Assembly (NCBI GenBank): GCA_030729695.1 | Contig: JANQWV010000070.1 | Coordinates: forward strand, 9,188-73,187 | Source: Flavobacteriales bacterium | GTDB lineage: Bacteria > Bacteroidota > Bacteroidia > Flavobacteriales_D > Sanyastnellaceae | Direction: 5' to 3' | Length of the DNA: 64,000 nt | Part shown: positions 39,264-49,582 of the stretch, piece after piece | Layout: every line of letters begins with the position of its first letter | Numbering within the stretch: position 1 is the first letter of the stretch | Program-made: the position numbers and the translations under genes | The notes under the pieces: generated by a model | Database searches by the model: none | Told to the model about the DNA's origin: nothing | Seen by the model: the letters and a program-made list of their open reading frames with translations, nothing else

Positions 39264-40634
39264 ATGAAAAATTGGCTCTACATCTTTACTGCTCTGATTT
39301 TGCTTGGAACGCAGGCATGTCACAACAGTAAACACTACACCAAGCTCGGTCAAAAGCAAGAGGCAGCCGGACTGAATAAAGAAGCTTCTGAAAGTTATTA
39401 TACCGCTTTGTGGAAGAAGCGCGCGAATATTGACGCTCAAATTGGAATGAAGAAAACCGGACAAACGGTTTTAAGCGCCATGCTAAGTGAGTTCAGCCAG
39501 AAAAGCAGTTTTGGAAATAAAAAAGATGCGGTTTATGCATTCATTTCAGCCCGTGACTATCAGGCAAAAATCAAAGGTGTTGGTGTAGAACTTCAAATAC
39601 CCGATTTCTATTTAGGCGATTTTGAGAAAGTAAAAAAGTCATACCTGACTGATCTTTACGAACAAGGAACAAAACTTTTAGAGGACAACAAATTTGCAGA
39701 CGCTGAAGCTAATTTCCATGAAATTGGGATTTTAGATCCAAACTTTAAAGATGCCGGTGAATTAAAAGATATAGCGTACCTCGAACCTATCTATCAAAAA
39801 GGCCTAACTGAATTCGAAGCGAAGCACTACCGCGCTGCGTATAACAACTTTATTAAGGTTGAGGAACGTAAATTAGGATACAAGGAATCGGCAGATCTGA
39901 AGAAGAGATGTCTTGATAAAGGAAAGTATACCATAGCGCTCCTTCCGTTCACCAACGGGACGAATATGCAGGGTAGCGACACCAAAGCAACTGCCTATAT
40001 CCTCAACGCGTTGACTCAGATTAACGACCCATTCCTACAGGTAATAGACAGAGAAAACCTCAACAACATCCTTGCTGAGCAACGCATTCAAATGAGTGGA
40101 ATCTTTTCTGAATCCAATGCAGTTGAAATTGGAAAAATTTCAGGAGCGAAGGCACTTATTACGGGAACTGTTCTTAACCACACGATTCAAAACGGACAAA
40201 TAAGAAAGGTGACTCGCAATGGGTTTGAATCGTATTCTGTCAAAAAAGTCAACGCTGAAGGCAAAACATTTTATGACACTGAATACAAAGCTGTTCAGTT
40301 CGATGAATATTACAACTATGCTGAATCCAACGTTTCGATACAGTACAAAATGACATCCATAGAAACAGCTTCATTGATTAAAAATGATATCTTCACCGAG
40401 AAGAAAAAAGATGAAGTAATCTATGCTATTTATGGCGGGAACACCAACAAACTATTCCCTGCCAATGGCAATGTCGTAAATACGAACATGCGAGATAGAA
40501 ATACGCTTAAGGAAATGCTGAGCGCGCGCAGAAACCTTCGCGATGGCAATGATTTAGCAAATGACTTGTACATTGAGATTGCCAAGAAAATAGCAGATAA
40601 CGTCAAAAATCAAATGCAAACGCTTGTTCCCTGA
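39264..40634 (+). CDS. Lipoprotein with an N-terminal TPR-like helical region and a CsgG/FlgO/LpoB-like alpha/beta domain
   Basis: 456 aa with lipobox-like LILLGTQAC. The segment IALLPFTNGTNMQGSD..LNALTQ..FLQVIDRENLNNILAEQRIQMSG..AVEIGKISGAKALITGTV follows the CsgG-family pattern. Confidence 0.6.
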   Translation: MKNWLYIFTALILLGTQACHNSKHYTKLGQKQEAAGLNKEASESYYTALWKKRANIDAQIGMKKTGQTVLSAMLSEFSQKSSFGNKKDAVYAFISARDYQAKIKGVGVELQIPDFYLGDFEKVKKSYLTDLYEQGTKLLEDNKFADAEANFHEIGILDPNFKDAGELKDIAYLEPIYQKGLTEFEAKHYRAAYNNFIKVEERKLGYKESADLKKRCLDKGKYTIALLPFTNGTNMQGSDTKATAYILNALTQINDPFLQVIDRENLNNILAEQRIQMSGIFSESNAVEIGKISGAKALITGTVLNHTIQNGQIRKVTRNGFESYSVKKVNAEGKTFYDTEYKAVQFDEYYNYAESNVSIQYKMTSIETASLIKNDIFTEKKKDEVIYAIYGGNTNKLFPANGNVVNTNMRDRNTLKEMLSARRNLRDGNDLANDLYIEIAKKIADNVKNQMQTLVP

Positions 40635-42016
40635 TGAAATTATTTTACAAATATTTACTCTTTTTGGGAATCATTCTTTTGAATGCTTGTGGTGGAAAAG
40701 ACTCCGTGAAAACCGTTGTTCCTCCTCCACAACCTAAACCAGAATGGGTATCTACCCGACCCGTAAATTCTTCTTACTACATTGGAATTGCGACATGCTC
40801 TAAAACAACTCAGCCTGCAGATTACCAAGCCATCGCAAAAAAATTGGCCTTGAACGATTTGGCCACTGAAATATCGGTGAAGGTGGAAGGACAAACGTTC
40901 TTCAACACCATGGAGGTGAACAAAGCATTCAGTGAAAGCTTCAGTTCGAATGTCTCAACATCTTCGTCTGAATTATTGGAAGACTACGAAGTTGCTGGAA
41001 TTTGGGAAGACAACGAATTATATGCCATTTATTACAAACTGAACAAATTCGACTATCAATCGAAGAAGGCATTAAAAAAAGAAAACACATTAAGATCCGC
41101 CCTTGACTTTTTGAAGAAAGGAAGAGAAGCTAAAAAATTAGGAAATATTCCTTCCGCTATAGACCTATTCTACCACGGGCTATTTGCTTTAAAGCCCTAT
41201 TGGACAGAGGTGAATCAGATGAAAGACGACAATGGAAATGATATTTTCATTGACAACGAACTGTTCTCTGAAATTCGAGCTGTTTTAGCTGATCTTCGAT
41301 TTGAGACTCCTTTAAAAAATATTGTGCTTTCTTCTTCCAACACCTTTAAAGCCCAAGTTCCTGTTATGATAACCTATAAGGGCGAAGGCGTAAGAGGAAT
41401 TAACGTGAGGTATTCTTATCAGCGCGATAATTATATGAAGCCCAAAACAGTGATGTCTGACAACGATGGGATTATTCTCGCAGATATTGACAACGTTAGC
41501 CTGAAAGCTAAAAACAATTCACTGGAATTAAGTATCGTTATTGATGCCCTTGTGCCGCAAGATTTAGACTCGGATTTGGCTGCCGCAATAATCACCGGCA
41601 TAAACACAGACCAACGTAAAATCCCGATTGAAATTCTTGCTCCAAGTTTTTTTGTGAGTTCAAATGAATTTAAACTTGACGGCACTAAAACTACTACCCT
41701 GGCAGAGATCACAAGAAACACGCTCATCAGCAAAGGAATGAGAATCGCAACCAGCGAAAACTCTGCTGACTACGTTGTATACATCAACACGAACCCTCGT
41801 GCAGGTGAAGACATTCAAGGATTTAAAGTGGGGTATCTCGACGGAAAAATTACCGTAACCGACACCAAAACGACTTCAGCAATTTTCGAATACAGTATTT
41901 CCGGTGTGAAGGGTGTGCAACTTTCGCACGAAAATGCAGTATTAGAAGCATACAAAAAAGTGAGGGAAAGTATAGAGACAGCCCAAGTCAGCGAAATAAT
42001 TAAAATTATTTTGTAA
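40634..42016 (+). CDS. LPP20/FlgP-like lipoprotein with a long C-terminal extension
   Basis: 460 aa with lipobox LLNACGG. The N-terminal domain (PEWVSTRP..YYIGIA..AIAKKLALNDLATEISVKVEG..YEVAGIWED..YAIYYKL) is LPP20-like. Its start overlaps the upstream stop (TGATG). Confidence 0.55.
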   Translation: MKLFYKYLLFLGIILLNACGGKDSVKTVVPPPQPKPEWVSTRPVNSSYYIGIATCSKTTQPADYQAIAKKLALNDLATEISVKVEGQTFFNTMEVNKAFSESFSSNVSTSSSELLEDYEVAGIWEDNELYAIYYKLNKFDYQSKKALKKENTLRSALDFLKKGREAKKLGNIPSAIDLFYHGLFALKPYWTEVNQMKDDNGNDIFIDNELFSEIRAVLADLRFETPLKNIVLSSSNTFKAQVPVMITYKGEGVRGINVRYSYQRDNYMKPKTVMSDNDGIILADIDNVSLKAKNNSLELSIVIDALVPQDLDSDLAAAIITGINTDQRKIPIEILAPSFFVSSNEFKLDGTKTTTLAEITRNTLISKGMRIATSENSADYVVYINTNPRAGEDIQGFKVGYLDGKITVTDTKTTSAIFEYSISGVKGVQLSHENAVLEAYKKVRESIETAQVSEIIKIIL

Positions 42017-42064
42017 GTTTGGCACAATAACTGAAAACAACAATTCAACTAATATCTTGACAAA

Positions 42065-42646
42065 ATGAAAACACGCATTACCCTTTTAGCAATTGCTGCA
42101 ATGACAATGGTTGCTATACCTTCTTGTAAGAAGAACAAAGACGAAGTAAAAACTCCGGACCCAAAAGGAGAAGTTGTAATCAACGAATATTGCTCAGGCA
42201 CTGAATACAAAAGCACTAAAGATGCTTTCCGCTCAACTGCAACTGGTGAGAGCATGGATCGTGAAACGGCTAAGAAAAAAGCTCGTTCAAACGCAATGTC
42301 TGAAATGGGAAAAACAATCAGCGCTACAATGAAAATTGTTGGTGATAACTACGTTAACTCTACTGAAGTAAATAACAAAGAGGAAGTAACTGAGTCTTTT
42401 AACGAGATGGCTCGCACAGTTGTAGATCAAGAACTTCGTGGGTGCATCGAAATCTGTGAGAAATTAACTCAACGCCCTGATGGAACTTATGTAAGTTATG
42501 TTGCTCTTGAGTTAAGCGGGAATACAATTGCAGATGCTTACCAAAACGGTTTGTCTAAAAACGAAAAGTTAAAAGCTGACTACAACTACGAGAAATTCAA
42601 AGAGACTTTCGACAAAGAAATGGAGAAACTTTCTCAAGGTAAATAA
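42065..42646 (+). CDS. Small LPP20-like lipoprotein
   Basis: 193 aa with lipobox AIPSCKK. The stretches RETAKKKARSNAMSEMGKTISATMK, VVDQELRG and YVSYVALEL resemble Helicobacter Lpp20. Confidence 0.5.
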   Translation: MKTRITLLAIAAMTMVAIPSCKKNKDEVKTPDPKGEVVINEYCSGTEYKSTKDAFRSTATGESMDRETAKKKARSNAMSEMGKTISATMKIVGDNYVNSTEVNNKEEVTESFNEMARTVVDQELRGCIEICEKLTQRPDGTYVSYVALELSGNTIADAYQNGLSKNEKLKADYNYEKFKETFDKEMEKLSQGK

Positions 42647-42661
42647 TCTTAAATCCCTTCT

Positions 42662-42689
42662 AAAAGGTCACTTAGGTGACCTTTTTTTT
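42662..42689 (+). terminator. Rho-independent terminator closing the four-gene lipoprotein operon
   Basis: AAAAGGTCAC-TTAG-GTGACCTTTT hairpin followed by a T8 run. Confidence 0.85.
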
Positions 42690-42693
42690 CACC

Positions 42694-44040
42694 ATGAAAT
42701 CAATCCTCACCCTCATATTGGCCCTAGGCTTTTCGGTTGGATTCGGACAATCGAGTCTGAAACTTCATGTTGAAAATATTCCAACACAGAACTCAAAAAA
42801 AGTCTTCCTGGAAGCCTTCGAAAAAGATCGGTGGCATATTCTATCTACTTCCGATTTAGATGCAGCAGGGACAGTTTCAATAAGCTTAATACCTGCACAC
42901 ATTGGCCAATACCGCCTTCGTTTTTCAGGAACAGGCAAGCTCTGGACCGACTTTTACATCAACCCGAAAACACTTCCCAAATCCATTGACCTCACATTGG
43001 ATTTCTCGAAACTAAACGGAGTACCTTCTTCACTTTTCACTTCAACAGAACAATTTGAATATGTTGAACTAACAACACTGTATTCCAATCTTCAAATGGA
43101 ATATGACACTTACAAATCAATCACCCATCCTGCTTTCCTGAACAAGCAAAAAATCATCAATAACAAGACTTTAGAAAAGTCTAAAGAAGGAAAAAAATCA
43201 GAGGTCTATTCCAACTTTGCTCCTCTCTTTTGTCGAAGACTTCCACATGACTTCATGCAATTTGACAGCACAATCTATTTCAAACATTTTCTCGGAAATG
43301 TTGACTACGATGACGATGCAATACTATTTCACTACGCCTTCGTGCGAGGTCTCAACCAATACTTCAATCAACTTTACAAGTCCTATCCAAAAGAATATGC
43401 TCAGAAATTTACAGATGAATTGTTGGGTAGAATGGGGGAAAACGAAGCCGTGAACCAATACCTGCATTCTTTCATTCTGAATAAAATGTTAGACTACAAA
43501 AATGAAGAGGGCCTTTCCTATTACTTGAACAATTACGCCGACGGATGTTCTGATAATACTTCATTCAGTGTAAATACTAAAAATCTCCTTGAATCTCTGA
43601 AGAACTGTGCGCCCGGAAAAAAGGCCGAAGAACTAAAATACCCCAATGCAGAAGGTAAATTAGTTTCATTGGAGGATATTTGTAAGAAAAACAAAATCAC
43701 GCTAGTCATGTTTTGGAGAAGTAATTGTTCGCATTGCGAAAAGTTCCACCCTCAACTTCAAGAGATCTATAAAAAATACCACGAAAAAGGCCTTGAGGTA
43801 TACGCAATCTCCATTGACAAAGAAGAGGCGCCATGGAAAAATCATTTGTCAACACACCAACAACCGTGGATCAATGTTCTTCCCCCCATGGACAAGCGTC
43901 CATATTTAGCGAAACACTATCCTTCGCCCTCCACACCAACGCTTATAGCCCTTGACTCGAATATGAAAGTCATTAGCCGACTCATCATGAGAAGTAAGTT
44001 GGAAAATTTCCTTGAAGAAAATAAGGCTTATTTTGAATAA
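42694..44040 (+). CDS. Exported TlpA-like thioredoxin-fold protein with a large N-terminal domain
   Basis: Start at the ATG at 42694 (MKSILTLILALGFSVGFGQ), because the ORF-track GTG at 42676 lies inside the terminator hairpin. The C-terminal thioredoxin fold carries WRSNCSHCEKF. Confidence 0.8.
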   Translation: MKSILTLILALGFSVGFGQSSLKLHVENIPTQNSKKVFLEAFEKDRWHILSTSDLDAAGTVSISLIPAHIGQYRLRFSGTGKLWTDFYINPKTLPKSIDLTLDFSKLNGVPSSLFTSTEQFEYVELTTLYSNLQMEYDTYKSITHPAFLNKQKIINNKTLEKSKEGKKSEVYSNFAPLFCRRLPHDFMQFDSTIYFKHFLGNVDYDDDAILFHYAFVRGLNQYFNQLYKSYPKEYAQKFTDELLGRMGENEAVNQYLHSFILNKMLDYKNEEGLSYYLNNYADGCSDNTSFSVNTKNLLESLKNCAPGKKAEELKYPNAEGKLVSLEDICKKNKITLVMFWRSNCSHCEKFHPQLQEIYKKYHEKGLEVYAISIDKEEAPWKNHLSTHQQPWINVLPPMDKRPYLAKHYPSPSTPTLIALDSNMKVISRLIMRSKLENFLEENKAYFE

Positions 44041-44069
44041 CCCACTACTTTTGTGCTTTACAAATCAGA

Positions 44070-45338
44070 ATGAGCAAAGTAGACGTATTGTTAGGCCTTC
44101 AATGGGGCGATGAAGGAAAAGGAAAAATTGTAGACGTATTAACTCCAAAATACGACATCGTAGCCAGATTTCAAGGCGGACCCAATGCGGGCCATACCCT
44201 CGAGTTTAACGGAACAAAGCATGTTCTTCACACTATACCAAGCGGTATATTCCACAACCACGTAACCAACGTAGTTGGAAATGGTGTTGTAATTGACCCA
44301 ATCGTTTTCGCTACCGAAATAGAAAAGCTCAATGCAAAAAATGTAGATGTCGCTTCACGACTACTTATTTCAAAAAAAGCACACCTCATTCTTCCAACGC
44401 ACAAACTTCTAGACGCCGCGTCTGAAGCCGAAAAGGGCAAGTCTAAAATTGGATCTACCCTTAAGGGAATTGGACCAACTTACATGGACAAAACAGGTCG
44501 TAATGGACTTCGTATCGGAGATATTCTTTCAGAAAATTTCATTGAGAAATACAACACACTTGCAGAAAAGCACAAGAAAATGCTTTCGCATTTTCAATTC
44601 GAATATTCACTCGACGAGATGGAAGCCGCATGGTTCCAGGGAATTGAAGTGCTAAAGACTTTAACCTTCATAGACAGCGAAAATTACTTGCACAAAGCCA
44701 TTCGCGAAGACAAAAAGATTTTAGCGGAAGGTGCCCAAGGTTCACTTCTCGATATTGACTTCGGATCTTATCCGTTTGTTACTTCAAGCAATACGGTTGC
44801 CGCCGGGGCTTGCACAGGATTGGGTGTTGCGCCTAATTCAATTGGCTCAGCTTTCGGTATCTTCAAAGCCTATTGCACGCGTGTTGGTAGCGGACCTTTT
44901 CCAACCGAATTAGAAAATGAAGTTGGGGAGAGAATGCGAAAGGAAGGAAACGAATTCGGTTCCACGACAGGTCGCGCGCGTCGCTGCGGATGGCTAGACA
45001 TTCCTGCTCTTCGCTATGCATGTCGCTTAAACGGAATTACCGAATTGTATATGATGAAAGCAGACGTACTTAGCATCTTTGATGAAATTCATGTTTGCAC
45101 GCACTACGCAATAAACGGCGTTCAAACAGATGAGATGCCTTACGATTTGTTAGATGGAAAAGTAGAGCCTATTTACACCACATTAAAAGGATGGAATACT
45201 GATTTGACTAAAATTAGAACCATTGAAGAATTCCCGCAAGAACTATCAGATTACATCGCATTCATTGAAAAGGAAATGGAAATTCCGATCACCTATGTTT
45301 CCGTTGGTCCAGACCGTGAGCAAACCATTGTTAGATAA
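44070..45338 (+). CDS. purA: Adenylosuccinate synthase
   Basis: 422 aa. Motifs GLQWGDEGKGKIVD, GPNAGHT and GTTGRARRCGWLD. Confidence 0.96.
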   Translation: MSKVDVLLGLQWGDEGKGKIVDVLTPKYDIVARFQGGPNAGHTLEFNGTKHVLHTIPSGIFHNHVTNVVGNGVVIDPIVFATEIEKLNAKNVDVASRLLISKKAHLILPTHKLLDAASEAEKGKSKIGSTLKGIGPTYMDKTGRNGLRIGDILSENFIEKYNTLAEKHKKMLSHFQFEYSLDEMEAAWFQGIEVLKTLTFIDSENYLHKAIREDKKILAEGAQGSLLDIDFGSYPFVTSSNTVAAGACTGLGVAPNSIGSAFGIFKAYCTRVGSGPFPTELENEVGERMRKEGNEFGSTTGRARRCGWLDIPALRYACRLNGITELYMMKADVLSIFDEIHVCTHYAINGVQTDEMPYDLLDGKVEPIYTTLKGWNTDLTKIRTIEEFPQELSDYIAFIEKEMEIPITYVSVGPDREQTIVR

Positions 45339-46872
45339 ATCTCGAACAATACACAACGTCGTTAAAATACTTCTTGTTGCGCTTTCCGTAATTCTGATTT
45401 CGCAGAACGCAGAAGGACAAGGCAAACACGTGCAATTGGTGCATGCCGATAAAATTGCATTCAACAAAAACCTAGTCAATGGACAACGCTTAATTGGTCA
45501 CGTTCATTTGAATTTCGACGGAACCGATTTCTATTGCGACTCGGCATATAAGTTTAGTAATGGAAACTTTCAAGCCTTCGGAAACATTCGCGTGAATAAG
45601 CCAGGAGAATATGCAATTTCCGGAAAAAAACTTTTTTTCACCGAAGCAACTCAGTCCGCTACGCTGAATGAAAATTGTATTTTCTCAGATGGGGCAATGA
45701 CGCTCACTTCACCCAACATGTCCTACAACATGAAGTCAGAGGTTGCCACCTATTCTGGCGGAGGAAAAGTTGTTTCTAGTAAAAACAACAACGAATTAGT
45801 TTCTCAAACGGGGCGATACCACAGCCCTTCCAACAACTTCACTTTCCGTCGGAAAGTAACCGTGAAAAACAAAGACTATACTGTTGTTTCAGACACCATG
45901 TTGTACAACACCGTCACAGAAATTTCTTACTTCTACGGCCCTACAACAATTACAGGAAAAGACCTTGAAATAAAATGTGAAAACGGTTTCTTCAATTCGA
46001 AAACAGAGACTTGCAGTTTCAAGAAAAATGCACGTGTAAAATCGAAGGAACAAACGTTGTTCGGAGACAGTATTTTCTACAATGGAAAAGAGAAATGGGG
46101 CGAAGCTTTTCAGAATGTCATTATCGTTGACAACAATTCCGATTTAACCATTCGAGGTAACTACGGAAGACATGAGGAAACGAATGAAATTTCTTGGGTA
46201 ACTGGAAAAAGTATTCTCGAAAAAACACTCGAAAATAAAGACACGCTTTTCATTGTTGCTGACACTCTGTTTGCCAAGAAAACAAGTGATAAAAACCGCG
46301 ACATTAAAGCCTATCATAATGTGATTCTATTTAGCAAAGACCTACAAGGTAAATGTGATTCTCTTTCACTGTCTGAAGCAGATTCAGTCATGCGAATGTT
46401 CTACGCACCTGTGTTGTGGAATGATGCAAATCAACTTACTGGAACAGAGATAAACCTGCACTTCAAAAATGACAGTTTAGATTTTCTTTTTGTACCAGAG
46501 AAGAGTTTCTTAGCATCTGAAGTTGTACCCGGCTATTTCAATCAGATTAAAGGAAAATCACTACACGGTCAATTCATTAAAAACGATCTTCACGAAGTTC
46601 AAATTATGGGTAATGGGCAACTCGCTTATTTCTCCACTGAAGAAAAAAACAAACGCACTAAACTAACGGGGCTGAACAGATCTGATTGTTCAAATATTCG
46701 AATTGAATTAAAAGAAAAGGCAATTCAAAAAGTAACACTCGAAAACGAACCAAACAGTTTGTACAACAGCATTAAAAAAACAAAATCCTCGCAATTCAAA
46801 TTGGAGGATTTTATCTGGCGTGGAAATGAACGCCCAACTTCAAAAGACGACCTTTTGAAGTTACACAAATAG
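45295..46872 (+). CDS. OstA/LptA-like (OstA_N repeat) exported protein
   Basis: Signal-anchor-like [20 protein letters not shown], then repeated OstA-type beta-jellyroll segments ([27 protein letters not shown]). The start is uncertain: ATG 45295, GTG 45316 and TTG 45328 all overlap the purA 3' end. Confidence 0.55.
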   Translation: MFPLVQTVSKPLLDKSRTIHNVVKILLVALSVILISQNAEGQGKHVQLVHADKIAFNKNLVNGQRLIGHVHLNFDGTDFYCDSAYKFSNGNFQAFGNIRVNKPGEYAISGKKLFFTEATQSATLNENCIFSDGAMTLTSPNMSYNMKSEVATYSGGGKVVSSKNNNELVSQTGRYHSPSNNFTFRRKVTVKNKDYTVVSDTMLYNTVTEISYFYGPTTITGKDLEIKCENGFFNSKTETCSFKKNARVKSKEQTLFGDSIFYNGKEKWGEAFQNVIIVDNNSDLTIRGNYGRHEETNEISWVTGKSILEKTLENKDTLFIVADTLFAKKTSDKNRDIKAYHNVILFSKDLQGKCDSLSLSEADSVMRMFYAPVLWNDANQLTGTEINLHFKNDSLDFLFVPEKSFLASEVVPGYFNQIKGKSLHGQFIKNDLHEVQIMGNGQLAYFSTEEKNKRTKLTGLNRSDCSNIRIELKEKAIQKVTLENEPNSLYNSIKKTKSSQFKLEDFIWRGNERPTSKDDLLKLHK

Positions 46873-48129
46873 GGGTCTTGAAGACATCTGTTCGTGAACT
46901 TCCATTTTAACAGCACGAATCACGTCTTCATTTGAAGCATTTGAAATGACTTTGTCAATGGCATTTGCTACAAAGACCATATCGCTTACATTCAAACCAC
47001 GTGTGGTAATCGCTGGGGTGCCAATTCGTATACCACTGGTTACGAAAGGTGATTTATCGTCGAAAGGAACCATGTTCTTATTCACTGTAATTTCAGCACT
47101 TACTAAAGCATGCTCTGCATCCTTTCCGGATATATTTTTATTTCGAAGATCAATGAGGAAACAGTGGTTGTCTGTACCTCCTGAAACAATCTCATAACCC
47201 TTTGCTGTTAAATGATCCGCGAGTGCACCTGCATTCGCTATGACTTGCTTTCCGTAAGTTTTAAAATTTCCTGTAAGCGCTTCGTTGAAAGCTACCGCTT
47301 TCGCTGCAATAACATGCTCCAACGGACCACCTTGCATTCCTGGAAAGACACCACTATCTAATACCGATGAAAGCGAACGAACTTCTCCTTTCATTGTTTT
47401 CAATCCAAGCGGATTAGCAATTTCATTTCCAACCATAATCACACCGCCTCTCGGGCCACGCAATGTTTTATGTGTTGTAGAAGTTACGATGTGACAATGC
47501 GGAAACGGGTGGTTTAATAGTCCAGCGGCTATTAATCCTGCAGGGTGAGAGATATCTGCCATTAAAACAGCCCCAACCTCATCGGCAATAGCGCGAAACG
47601 CAGCATAATCCCAATCGCGACTGTATGCACTAGCGCCACAAATTAAAAGTTTCGGCTTGCATTCAAGCGCTTTCTCACGAACCTTATTCATGTCTACACG
47701 ACCGGTTTCTTTTTCAACTCCGTAGAAAAAGGGACGATACAATTTTCCCGAATAGTTAACTGGAGAGCCGTGCGTGAGGTGTCCGCCTTGAGAAAGATCC
47801 AAACCCAAAATAGCATCGCCGGGATTCAATATGGCCAACATCACGGCACTGTTCGCATTCGCGCCACTATGCGGTTGAACATTCGCCCACGAAGCACCAA
47901 ACAATTGCTTCAAACGATCAATTGCAATTTGTTCGACTTCATCTACTACTTCACAACCCCCATAATACCTTTTCTTTGGAAGTCCTTCTGCATACTTATT
48001 GGTTAACACGGAGCCCATTGCTTGCATCACTTCATCACTTACGTAATTTTCAGAAGCAATAAGTTCAACTCCATTGGTTTGACGCACTCTTTCGCGTTCA
48101 ATTAAATCGAAAATAATTTGATCTTTCAT
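46861..48129 (-). CDS. glyA: Serine hydroxymethyltransferase
   Basis: 422 aa. LIASENYVS and the PLP-lysine motif [14 protein letters not shown]. Confidence 0.96.
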   Translation of the reverse strand: MKDQIIFDLIERERVRQTNGVELIASENYVSDEVMQAMGSVLTNKYAEGLPKKRYYGGCEVVDEVEQIAIDRLKQLFGASWANVQPHSGANANSAVMLAILNPGDAILGLDLSQGGHLTHGSPVNYSGKLYRPFFYGVEKETGRVDMNKVREKALECKPKLLICGASAYSRDWDYAAFRAIADEVGAVLMADISHPAGLIAAGLLNHPFPHCHIVTSTTHKTLRGPRGGVIMVGNEIANPLGLKTMKGEVRSLSSVLDSGVFPGMQGGPLEHVIAAKAVAFNEALTGNFKTYGKQVIANAGALADHLTAKGYEIVSGGTDNHCFLIDLRNKNISGKDAEHALVSAEITVNKNMVPFDDKSPFVTSGIRIGTPAITTRGLNVSDMVFVANAIDKVISNASNEDVIRAVKMEVHEQMSSRPLFV

Positions 48130-48243
48130 TTTGAAATAGTATGGTTCAAAAGTACGTTCGTTCTTTATTAAACTAACTCATTCAAAACGCAAAGCTTTTC
48201 CACGAATGCACGAACTTATTCACTTCGGTTTTATGTTTGCAAC

Positions 48244-49143
48244 ATGATCAGAAATTTCTTTATTCTTCTTTCAGTTTTATTCATCCAATTTGGAAATGCT
48301 CAAATCATTGACAATCGCGAGGGAAAGGCTTTTCAGCAGGAAATGTTTTTCAGTCAAGAATTTCTTTGGCAGAACAAAATTTCAACCATAACAGGTGTCT
48401 GTCAAATGAAACGCACCGGAAAAGCAATCGAAAACCGTCCGGACATCACTGTATTTCATTTCAATGAAACCGGTCAGCTCGCCAAGATTGATGCAGTTAC
48501 AAGTGTTTTAAGTATCGTTGATAGCACTCAGATAGTTTTCGACCGAAATGAATTAGGATTGATTCAAAATAGAAATGAGTTGGGGCGCAACGGATATAAC
48601 ACCACCTCATTTTTCTACGATCAGAAAGGAAGAGTTGAGCGAATTGACAATTCTGTGTCTGAAAACAAAAGCATTGAAAAACTGAAACTCGTTCCAGGAT
48701 TAACTGTTACTGTCAATTCAGAATCTTTCAAGTATAGTGAGCCCTCAAAACTTATTTTAAGAAAAGAAAGTTTCAACAACTACGGTCTACCTTATTCCAT
48801 TGATCTCGTCTACCGCGATTCATCGGGGTTTGTAACTCGAGAAGAAAAAGAGTTAACCCTAAGCAGCAAGAGTTTCAGCAAACACTACACCTACAACGAT
48901 AAGGGTTGGATTGCACAAATTACGACAATAGAAAGCTCCTCAAACAAAGAAACCAAACGCGAGACGTTTCAATACGATAGAATCGGAAACTTGACAAAAG
49001 TATCTTATTACTCGAACGGAATTCTTCAGCGTGAAATCGAAATAATATACTCTCCCACTTCTTTCATTGAAGCAACATTGGATCAAGATATGGGGTCGAA
49101 AGATATTCTCATCACGAAATACACCTACGAGTTTAGAAAATGA
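48244..49143 (+). CDS. Hypothetical exported protein with divergent YD/RHS-like repeats (tentative)
   Basis: 299 aa with signal peptide ending GNAQ. Recurrent segments FFYDQKGRVERID, YTYNDKGWIAQIT and FQYDRIGNLTKVSYY. Confidence 0.4.
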   Translation: MIRNFFILLSVLFIQFGNAQIIDNREGKAFQQEMFFSQEFLWQNKISTITGVCQMKRTGKAIENRPDITVFHFNETGQLAKIDAVTSVLSIVDSTQIVFDRNELGLIQNRNELGRNGYNTTSFFYDQKGRVERIDNSVSENKSIEKLKLVPGLTVTVNSESFKYSEPSKLILRKESFNNYGLPYSIDLVYRDSSGFVTREEKELTLSSKSFSKHYTYNDKGWIAQITTIESSSNKETKRETFQYDRIGNLTKVSYYSNGILQREIEIIYSPTSFIEATLDQDMGSKDILITKYTYEFRK

Positions 49144-49415
49144 AGCATCTCATATCCCTTGTCTTTTTCTTCATGAGTTTCGTTGCATTTGGTCAACCCG
49201 GAAACGATGTAATAACTCCTGAAAACGCGCGTGCCAAACAAAAGGAACAACACGATAAAATTGAGCGCGACTATTTAGAAAACGTTGAAAAACATCAAAA
49301 TGCTCAGGGCAAAAAAGGCAAAAGACAGATGAAGCGTCATATGAAGAAGTCTATGCGAATGAGAAGACTTGGAAACAAGCCTTGGTACAAGCGAATGTGG
49401 ATCAGAAGACAATAA
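49140..49415 (+). CDS. Small exported protein with an extremely basic C-terminus
   Basis: 91 aa with signal peptide MKHLISLVFFFMSFVAFGQ. The C-terminal third reads GKKGKRQMKRHMKKSMRMRRLGNKPWYKRMWIRRQ. Overlaps the upstream gene by 4 nt. Confidence 0.5.
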   Translation: MKHLISLVFFFMSFVAFGQPGNDVITPENARAKQKEQHDKIERDYLENVEKHQNAQGKKGKRQMKRHMKKSMRMRRLGNKPWYKRMWIRRQ

Positions 49416-49582
49416 AGACCTTAGAAACGAAAAAAAACTTTTCATTTCGTGTTGGAAAAAACGAAAAAAAAGATGGATTTCAGATGTGTTGATTTAGTTT
49501 TACCAAAGAGTTAGGTCTAAACCACCTATCACACTGATAATCAAAACTAAAAATAAAAAATACAAAGATTGATTTAACGAAC

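Noticed and set aside
42676-42693. GTG start proposed by the ORF track for the TlpA-like gene
   Set aside because: The GTG lies inside the stem of the upstream terminator hairpin. The ATG at 42694 gives a clean signal peptide.
45223-45294. Upstream part of the 549-aa ORF overlapping purA by 116 nt
   Set aside because: The translation (MKNSRKNYQITSHSLKRKWKFRSP) looks like read-through in an alternate purA frame. Later starts (45295, 45316 or 45328) precede the hydrophobic signal segment. The exact start remains unresolved.
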